A stretch of DNA of 64,000 nt from an uncultured Candidatus Saccharibacteria bacterium (GTDB lineage Bacteria > Patescibacteriota > Minisyncoccia > Phycocordibacterales > UBA9973), in contig CAZHJZ010000003.1 in assembly GCA_964532495.1 (NCBI GenBank), positions 67,747 to 131,746 of the forward strand, read 5' to 3'. Of this stretch, positions 57,754-64,000 are shown in pieces (position 1 is the first letter of the stretch; each line of letters opens with the position of its first letter). A program made the translations under genes and the position numbers. The notes below the pieces were generated by a model. The model did no database searches, was not told the DNA's origin, and saw nothing but the letters and a program-made list of their open reading frames with translations.

Positions 57754-59616
57754 ATGAAAAAATACATAGTCGGACTCCTAAGCGCGTTCCTGATTCTTGG
57801 GTCGGTTTCGGTCGCGCAAGCTGCCACTCTTGATGATTTGTGGAATCAAGTTTCGACTTTAAGACAACAAATTATTGAACTGCGAAGTGAGCTTGGAGCA
57901 GCTGTTTCTCGAGCAATCACGTCAACGGCTGCATTAAAAGTAATAAGTCCTGATTATCAGCCTGTGACTGAAGCACAAGTTTTAACAAAAACTACGCCAA
58001 GCGTAACCGCAAACGCGGTTTTAATGCCAGCTACAACATTTACTGCAACAGTGGGGAGTGCCGTAGTTCCCGTAAATCCTGCACCAACCCCAGCACAGGG
58101 GCCAATAATTATACCAGGAGGAGTACAGCAAACGGTCCTATACATGCTTGGAGGTTTAAGTTTTAATGGGCCTGTGAATTCGCAAGCACCCCCACTTAAC
58201 GATGTTTATAAATCTACTGACGGAGAAAACTGGCAATTGATTTCTGCAGACACGGCAAACCCGGTTAATAAATGGAATCGAACAGATACAAGCGGTATAG
58301 GTGTGTATTTTAATGGATACTTATGGATCATTGGCGGATCGGATTGTCCCGCAATCTATGGTCCATGCGCGCCGGTTACGAATCACGTATGGCGTTCATC
58401 TGACGGTATAACATGGACAAAAATGGCTAATGCCCCATGGCTTGCTAGAAGAGGTCATACTGTCACTGTATTTGATAATAAAATTTGGGTGATGGGAGGC
58501 GACACTGCATATTCTCTTGTTTCAGATGTTTGGTCATTTGATGGTACTACATGGACGCAAGCATCACCGCAGGCTCCATGGCAGCCACGATTTGTTTCCC
58601 AATCAATTGTATTCAATGGAAAATTATGGGTTATTGGAGGACAAGCAGTTCAGAATAATTCTCAGATCTCGCTTTCAGACACATGGTCTTCAACTAACGG
58701 TGTAACATGGACACAAGGAGCTGCTAGTTCTGGATGGGGGCCCTCTGTTAATTTTTCTGCTCTTGTTTTCCAAAATAAAATGTGGGTACTGGGTGGCGCT
58801 TTTATGATTCCTGGAAGCCACTCAGGAGTTTGGTCGTCTACCGATGGCGTAACTTGGACGCAAGTACAGGCTAACCCTGCCTGGTTGTATGCCGCGCAAA
58901 ATACAACGAATGGACGCCAGGGTCTGCAGTCGTATGTTCTCAATAATAAAATGTATGTTTTGGGCGGTAGCCCTGGACAGCTCTCATACAATGCAAATCA
59001 AGACATTTGGTCATCTGTTGACGGAGTGAACTGGACACAGAGTGTTGTTCCTGGAATTTCTACACGCCGTACCCAGCATATTGTAATCACAGGCAAGCAA
59101 CCGGTCCAAGTTTTTTCTTCCGGAACATCCGGACCTATTCTGTGGCAAGGGAATCCGACAAGGCCTCTGACCCCCACTGTTCAGTCTTTATTGGTAAAAC
59201 CCGATTTGATAGTAGATAGTTTCAGCTGGACTCCTCAGTCTCCTCGCGTAACTTCGATCAATCCAGTAACTGCGCCTACTCCAAACCCAAATCCAAATTT
59301 CCAATTTACTGTACGAATTAAAAATATCGGTACTGCACCCGCAGTACTTCCTCGAGAAACTGAAGTAAGTGTTTCATCAGGAGGCATTAGCTATGGAGCT
59401 ACAAATTTCTTCTACGGTTCGATTACTCTTCAACCAGGACAAACATATGATGTTGTCGTTTATCAAACAGCTAATCCAAATATTTTGGCAACCGCACGAA
59501 CTCTTACACTTGTTGCAACGGTAGATGCGTATGGAAGCGGAACCACTTACAAAATGGTTGATGAATCGGATGAAACAAACAATACATTGAATAAAGTTTT
59601 TACGATATTGCCGTAA
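57754..59616 (+). CDS. secreted Kelch-repeat beta-propeller protein
   Basis: Signal MKKYIVGLLSAFLILGSVSVAQA; conserved module ATLDDLWNQVSTLRQQIIELRSELGAAV; at least 5 repeats of GH..VVF.NK[IL]WV[IM]GG...DVWSS.DG..WT. Confidence 0.55.
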   Translation: MKKYIVGLLSAFLILGSVSVAQAATLDDLWNQVSTLRQQIIELRSELGAAVSRAITSTAALKVISPDYQPVTEAQVLTKTTPSVTANAVLMPATTFTATVGSAVVPVNPAPTPAQGPIIIPGGVQQTVLYMLGGLSFNGPVNSQAPPLNDVYKSTDGENWQLISADTANPVNKWNRTDTSGIGVYFNGYLWIIGGSDCPAIYGPCAPVTNHVWRSSDGITWTKMANAPWLARRGHTVTVFDNKIWVMGGDTAYSLVSDVWSFDGTTWTQASPQAPWQPRFVSQSIVFNGKLWVIGGQAVQNNSQISLSDTWSSTNGVTWTQGAASSGWGPSVNFSALVFQNKMWVLGGAFMIPGSHSGVWSSTDGVTWTQVQANPAWLYAAQNTTNGRQGLQSYVLNNKMYVLGGSPGQLSYNANQDIWSSVDGVNWTQSVVPGISTRRTQHIVITGKQPVQVFSSGTSGPILWQGNPTRPLTPTVQSLLVKPDLIVDSFSWTPQSPRVTSINPVTAPTPNPNPNFQFTVRIKNIGTAPAVLPRETEVSVSSGGISYGATNFFYGSITLQPGQTYDVVVYQTANPNILATARTLTLVATVDAYGSGTTYKMVDESDETNNTLNKVFTILP

Positions 59617-59650
59617 CGTTCTTGGTTTTAGGCAAAAATACTATTTCATA

Positions 59651-59683
59651 AACAGGCCGGGCGCGAAGCGTCCGGCTTGTTTT
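59651..59683 (+). terminator. rho-independent terminator
   Basis: aaacaggccgggcgc-gaa-gcgtccggcttgtttt. Confidence 0.8.
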
Positions 59684-59686
59684 GCA

Positions 59687-59715
59687 TTGCCAACTTCCAA
59701 AACCCATGAGATACT
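59687..59715 (+). promoter_or_regulatory. conserved promoter (TTGCCA-17-GATACT), copy 3 of 3
   Basis: ttgcca-acttccaaaacccatga-gatact, then ttaatcat ATG. Confidence 0.5.
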
Positions 59716-59723
59716 TTAATCAT

Positions 59724-60686
59724 ATGAAAAAATATCTAATCGTATTCGTCCTTGTTGGTTCAGTGGTAATTGGTGCGCAGTCAGCAAAAGCCGTATCATT
59801 CGACGACCTCTCTGCTGCCATCGCCAGCCTCTCGCAGGAAGTTAGCAGTTTGAAAAGCCAAATACTTGAAGTGACATTGGGAAGCATGACGGCACAAGCA
59901 TTGCCTGGTGCGCAAGCAGCAAGCTCATATGTTTTTAGTCAGAATCTTCAGACAGGATCACAGGGTGCCGCTGTTCTCAATCTTCAAAACACACTTATTG
60001 CTCAGGGATATTTGCCGGCTGGTTCAGCGACTGGATACTATGGAAATCTTACAGCAGAAGCAGTTTCGCATTTCCAGAGTGCGAACAATCTTCCAGCTCT
60101 TGGTGTCGTTGGGTCACAAACAAATCATATCCTTAACCTGCAAAGTGCAGTTATTGGTGGCGGTGGAACGATTAGTTCATCAAACAACTTTCAAACAGGA
60201 ACATACCAGGCGGGCGTAGGAGCTCAGTCTGGAGTGATCGGAGCAAGCGGTACAGTAAGCGGAACAGGAGCTCATACTTCAAGCGGTGTGGTGCCAGCGC
60301 AATCATCAGGGTCACAAACTGGATCAATAAATATTGATGCGCAGGCCAATGCCGCGAAGTCTCAGACAAATTCATATGGAAGTACTGGGACCGGCAGCGC
60401 TACAGTTGGAACACTTTCAGCTACAGCTGCTCCAGGAACATTTACATTTACACACGTGCTTCAGTACGGAGAGAAAGGCGATGAAGTAAAAAAATTCCAG
60501 CTCTGGTTGAATACTAAAGGATATCTTGCATTAGATAATGCTACTGGATTTTATGGAATGAAAACAGTTGCTGGGGTAAAAGCTTTGCAAATCGCAAACG
60601 GAGTTCCGACTGGAGATGGAACTGCTGTCGGTCCTAAGACTCAGGCAGCTATTGCAAAAGGAGTAGTAATGGGATCTGTACGATAA
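59724..60686 (+). CDS. secreted protein with two PG_binding_1 domains
   Basis: Signal MKKYLIVFVLVGSVVIGAQSAKA; module VSFDDLSAAIASLSQEVSSLKSQ; PG-binding repeats AAVLNLQNTLIAQGYL... and DEVKKFQLWLNTKGYL...DGTAVGPKTQ. Confidence 0.6.
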   Translation: MKKYLIVFVLVGSVVIGAQSAKAVSFDDLSAAIASLSQEVSSLKSQILEVTLGSMTAQALPGAQAASSYVFSQNLQTGSQGAAVLNLQNTLIAQGYLPAGSATGYYGNLTAEAVSHFQSANNLPALGVVGSQTNHILNLQSAVIGGGGTISSSNNFQTGTYQAGVGAQSGVIGASGTVSGTGAHTSSGVVPAQSSGSQTGSINIDAQANAAKSQTNSYGSTGTGSATVGTLSATAAPGTFTFTHVLQYGEKGDEVKKFQLWLNTKGYLALDNATGFYGMKTVAGVKALQIANGVPTGDGTAVGPKTQAAIAKGVVMGSVR

Positions 60687-60698
60687 ACTTTCACAAAC

Positions 60699-60729
60699 AA
60701 AAAACCGCCACTCGGGCGGTTTTTTGTTT
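60699..60729. terminator. bidirectional rho-independent terminator
   Basis: aaaaaccgccac-tcg-ggcggttttttg; near-identical to the terminator at 28095. Confidence 0.85.
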
Positions 60730-60741
60730 GATGGTTGTGAA

Positions 60742-60984
60742 TTAGAGAATTCCAGCTTTCTTGAGAGTTGCGAATGCTCCTCGCTTTGCGATAGTGCGGA
60801 TTGCGCGAGTAGTGATCTCGAGAGTGATGTATTTCTTGAGTTCAGGTACGTACACCTTTTTCTTCTGGAGGTTTGGGTACTTGCGTACTTTTCCAGTTGG
60901 GTTGAATTTGGTTGCACGAACACGGTTGGAGTAACCCCCAGCGACGCGTGAACCTGTTTTTGTGATTGGACAGACTTTTGCCAT
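60742..60984 (-). CDS. rpmB: 50S ribosomal protein L28
   Basis: MAKVCPITKTGSRVAGGYSNRVRATKFNPTGKVRKYPN...; start trimmed to MAKVC. Confidence 0.8.
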   Translation of the reverse strand: MAKVCPITKTGSRVAGGYSNRVRATKFNPTGKVRKYPNLQKKKVYVPELKKYITLEITTRAIRTIAKRGAFATLKKAGIL

Positions 60985-61080
60985 ATGTCCCAGTACACTA
61001 ACATATAGGATTGAAATGTGCAACTCTTATCTTTCAACTATGATGCGAAAGGCCAATTAAAACGCAATTCTGTAGTGGGT

Positions 61081-61788
61081 TTAGAGCTTGAAGCCTGTGA
61101 GCACTGAATACAAGGCCGTCATAAGGGGAGATATGAAGTCATACTTCCAAAGTACAATAACAAGTATGAAAACGAGGATAAAGCCGCTTCGTTCAAGAGT
61201 ATCGCGAACTCCTCGTAGGCTTTGCGGCAGGAGAGAAAAGAGGATTTTGGAGCCATCGAGCGGGGGAACAGGTAAAAGGTTAAAGAATGCTAGGCCTATG
61301 TTGGCCAAGATGATGATGGATACAATATATAGGAAAGCATCATTGGCAAAGCCGAAGGCAACGCCAATACGGAATACCATTCCAAAAATAAAGGCAATAA
61401 GGAGGTTGGCCAAGATACCGGCAGAAGCTACTGCAAGAGTACCCCAGCGTTTGTTTGAAAGGTTATTTTCGTTGTAAGGCACTGGACGAGCCCAGCCGAA
61501 GGGGAATGGAGACCCGGAAATGATAAGAATGGCTGGTACGAGGATCGTACCGACAAGGTCTACGTGACGAAGTGGGTTGAGTGTGAGACGGTGGGCTAAT
61601 TCTGCTGTCCGATCCCCAAACCACAGTGCCATGTACCCGTGGGAGACCTCGTGGGCAACCACAGAGAGGATTATGATAGCAATACTCGCAATTTGCGTAA
61701 CGGTGTCATTCATGCCTTGAAGTATAGCAAGCGGGGTTCCTTTCCCAAAACTTGCATTATTCCAAGCTATCTTGTATAGTACAGCCAC
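61081..61788 (-). CDS. site-2 protease (peptidase M50) family membrane metalloprotease
   Basis: HEVSHGY (HExxH) in TM context, NPLRHVDLVG, polytopic. Confidence 0.7.
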   Translation of the reverse strand: MAVLYKIAWNNASFGKGTPLAILQGMNDTVTQIASIAIIILSVVAHEVSHGYMALWFGDRTAELAHRLTLNPLRHVDLVGTILVPAILIISGSPFPFGWARPVPYNENNLSNKRWGTLAVASAGILANLLIAFIFGMVFRIGVAFGFANDAFLYIVSIIILANIGLAFFNLLPVPPLDGSKILFSLLPQSLRGVRDTLERSGFILVFILVIVLWKYDFISPLMTALYSVLTGFKL

Positions 61789-61929
61789 AAGTCTCTAGCA
61801 GACTTTTTTGTTTAGGAAATGCTTTGTCTGAAGCCTTCCGGAAACAAACGAGTTGCCCACAAATTTTAGTTAGTTTTCATAATTTAGTCATAGATACCAA
61901 AGCGATTTAGCTTTCGGTTAGCAATACAA

Positions 61930-62358
61930 ATGCCCTCAATTAACCAATTAGTTCGAAACCCAAGAAAAAAAGTTGTTCGAAAGTCAAAAGCTGTCGCTCT
62001 TGCTCGCGGTTTCAACGCGCTCAATAACCGACCTATTTACTACGCATCACCATTCAAGCGAGGTGTGTGTACAAAAGTAACGACAACTACTCCAAAGAAG
62101 CCAAACTCAGCGCTCCGAAAGATCGCCCGTGTACGACTTACGAACGGAATGGAAGTTACTGCCTACATCCCAGGAGAAGGCCACAACTTGCAGGAACACT
62201 CAGTGGTTGTTATCCGCGGAGGCCGCGTGAAGGACTTGATCGGATGCCGATACCACATTGTTCGCGGACGTCTCGACGCCTCTGGCGTTGATAAGCGCCG
62301 ACAAGGTCGCTCTCTCTACGGAAACAAGAAGCCAAAAGCTGGCGCAGTTAAGAAATAA
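61930..62358 (+). CDS. rpsL: 30S ribosomal protein S12
   Basis: PTINQLVR..., [10 protein letters not shown], conserved KDLIG...HIVRG loop region. Confidence 0.95.
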   Translation: MPSINQLVRNPRKKVVRKSKAVALARGFNALNNRPIYYASPFKRGVCTKVTTTTPKKPNSALRKIARVRLTNGMEVTAYIPGEGHNLQEHSVVVIRGGRVKDLIGCRYHIVRGRLDASGVDKRRQGRSLYGNKKPKAGAVKK

Positions 62359-62419
62359 TCTAATCAGTATCCCGCTTCCTGTTGTGAAGCAGTAAAAAGG
62401 GAGAAGAAACCATACGCAT

Positions 62420-62890
62420 ATGCGAAGAAAAGTAAAAAATCGAAATATCCCAAAGCCAGACAGCGTGTACAACTCAGCTGAACTCTCAAAGTTGATCAAC
62501 TCAGTCATGCAGTCAGGAAAGAAAGAAACAGCCCTCAAAGTTGTTTATGGAGCACTTGATCTCATCAAAGAAAAAAGCGAAGGAAAAGATCCTCTTGAAG
62601 TCTTTGCTGAAGCAATGAAGAACGCTTCTCCTCTTATGGAAGTCCGCTCACGCCGTATCGGTGGAGCTAACTACCAGGTTCCTCGCGAAGTTCGTCCAGA
62701 ACGACGTCAGGCACTCGCCATCCGATGGATCATCGCAGCGGCACGAGGCAAGAAAGGCCAGCCAATGCACATCAAGCTTGCAGACGAATTGCTTGCAGCA
62801 GCCAAAGGTGAAGGTTCAGCGGTTAAAAAGCGCGAAGACACTCACAAGATGGCAGAATCAAACAAGGCGTTCGCTCACTTTGCTTGGTAA
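62420..62890 (+). CDS. rpsG: 30S ribosomal protein S7
   Basis: MRRKVKNRNIPKPDSVYNS...VRSRRIGGANYQVP...ESNKAFAHFAW. Confidence 0.95.
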   Translation: MRRKVKNRNIPKPDSVYNSAELSKLINSVMQSGKKETALKVVYGALDLIKEKSEGKDPLEVFAEAMKNASPLMEVRSRRIGGANYQVPREVRPERRQALAIRWIIAAARGKKGQPMHIKLADELLAAAKGEGSAVKKREDTHKMAESNKAFAHFAW

Positions 62891-62906
62891 TCTTAAAGAA
62901 TATCCC

Positions 62907-62938
62907 CAAAAAACCTCCAGTTGGAGGTTTTTTGTTTG
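62907..62938 (+). terminator. rho-independent terminator immediately after rpsG
   Basis: aaaaaacctccag-ttg-gaggttttttgtttg. Confidence 0.85.
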
Positions 62939-62948
62939 TGTGGTTTAA

Positions 62949-63938
62949 TTGTCGTATATGGAAAAACCACCAACCCCAGGCAATAACCAGAACCAAGGTA
63001 ACAGTATGAGCCGAGGAAGCTTCTTGAAAAAGCTCGGACTTGGAATAGCAGCAGTGGCTGCTTCAGGTACAGAAGTTTTTGGACAGAATACTCAAGAGAC
63101 AAAGCGGATGGATAATCCTCGCCTAGAAAAAATGCCCGATCATAATTTACCTGACGGTTTTGAACGAATGCATGTATATGTAGAAATTAATGGCAAAAAA
63201 ACTAATGTTGGAAGCGCTAACTTTTTTGAATCAGGAAAAGCAAAAGCATCCTTTGTTACCAATGACTTGCACCCTGAATGTTTCTCTCCCGAAGTTGATT
63301 ACAGTAAAATTGAGAATGTAGTAAAACGTGAAGGGAAAGAAATTGTACTTTCTTTTGCTGGGGCATATGTTTCTGGAGACGGTAATATTGAAGGTGTAGC
63401 ATATGAAAAAGGGGTTTCAGTTGGACAAGCTCAACATGCTGCTTATAGTGGGGTTGTTTATTTTAGCCCATCTGGAAACATGGAGTTTATGCGATGTAAA
63501 GACGCTAACGACCAGTTTGATGAAGCAGCTTTCAATAATATTCAACAGCGTGCAAAAAGTGAAAAAGGCTCGTTCTATCAACAAAAAGCGGGAATTTGGA
63601 ATGGTACACAGACATTGTTTCCTAAAAACCAAAGTCCATTTAAAATGCGTGGAATCTGTGAAGCACATGATGGTAGAAAATTCATGATTAACTTTGCAGA
63701 ACAAACAACACAGGATCAATTTCTGAAGCTTTGTTTAGATATGAAGGATGAACACGGCAATCCTCTGGTTAAAAACCTTCTTTTGACTGATACGGGGGAG
63801 TGTTCATTGGGAATAATCCGCGACAAAAATCAGATCGCTTCTGACAATGCTTCAGGCAGATTCTCTGCCCACGATATGGTTGATTCAGGCTACGAAAACA
63901 AAGCTCGCCATACAAACGCTGTAGTTATTGCTAAATAG
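62949..63938 (+). CDS. secreted hypothetical protein (Tat-like but non-RR signal)
   Basis: MSRGSFLKKLGLGIAAVAASG resembles a Tat signal (SRRxFLK) with RG instead of RR; 329 aa; terminator at 63956-63988. Confidence 0.4.
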   Translation: MSYMEKPPTPGNNQNQGNSMSRGSFLKKLGLGIAAVAASGTEVFGQNTQETKRMDNPRLEKMPDHNLPDGFERMHVYVEINGKKTNVGSANFFESGKAKASFVTNDLHPECFSPEVDYSKIENVVKREGKEIVLSFAGAYVSGDGNIEGVAYEKGVSVGQAQHAAYSGVVYFSPSGNMEFMRCKDANDQFDEAAFNNIQQRAKSEKGSFYQQKAGIWNGTQTLFPKNQSPFKMRGICEAHDGRKFMINFAEQTTQDQFLKLCLDMKDEHGNPLVKNLLLTDTGECSLGIIRDKNQIASDNASGRFSAHDMVDSGYENKARHTNAVVIAK

Positions 63939-63955
63939 TAATAAGCGGTATGACT

Positions 63956-63988
63956 TAAAACAGGCACTTCTCAGTGCCTGTTTTTGAT
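63956..63988 (+). terminator. rho-independent terminator
   Basis: aaaacaggcact-tctc-agtgcctgtttttg. Confidence 0.8.
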
Positions 63989-64000
63989 TTGTAAATCCTG

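Noticed and set aside
55624-59723. N-terminal extensions MGYFSHMK / MGYFHYMK / MHCQLPKPMRYFNHMK on three secreted-protein ORFs
   Set aside because: The extensions are the translation of a conserved promoter (-10 GATACT plus a short leader). The signal peptides begin at the downstream MK codon, so starts were moved to 55642, 57754 and 59724.
1-64000. CRISPR arrays, IS elements or transposases, rRNA, tmRNA, RNase P RNA and SRP RNA
   Set aside because: No regularly spaced direct repeats were seen. No transposase- or integrase-like ORF was seen beyond the xerC/D fragment. No rRNA-like conserved blocks, tmRNA tag region or RNase P / SRP conserved motifs were recognised by eye. Alternative genetic codes were also considered and rejected: the ORFs close cleanly in the standard code and no in-frame TGA is needed.

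Overview
The window is a gene-dense, roughly 42-45% GC bacterial chromosomal segment in the standard genetic code, with ~1 kb genes and few Shine-Dalgarno sequences. Its origin is uncertain: the reduced-genome housekeeping set looks CPR/Patescibacteria-like, but one secreted protein carries a Bacteroidota-type T9SS C-terminal sorting domain. Recognisable genes are a xerC/D fragment at the left edge, xth, purB-purN-purD, cspA, cca, tRNA-Arg/Pro/Trp, yraN, mscL, hup, rny, clpP, nusA-ppa-nudix-tig, tpiA-pgk, recJ, rnhA, a split comEC, sodA, rpmB, rpsL-rpsG and an M50 protease. About half the coding capacity is large secreted or hypothetical proteins. I found no CRISPR array, no transposase or IS, no rRNA, tmRNA, RNase P or SRP RNA. 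Candidate new systems: (1) an island at 7.9-17.1 kb bounded by two paralogous TrmB-family regulators and carrying two paralogous ~570-aa cysteine-rich proteins with a zinc-ribbon motif at both termini; (2) an HTTM-DCC fusion protein beside a family of secreted peptidoglycan-binding, Kelch and HExxH proteins driven by a conserved promoter; (3) repeat-rich non-coding regions upstream of nusA and downstream of tRNA-Arg. A +1 frameshift in an A7 run splits a 347-aa ORF at 25.7 kb.
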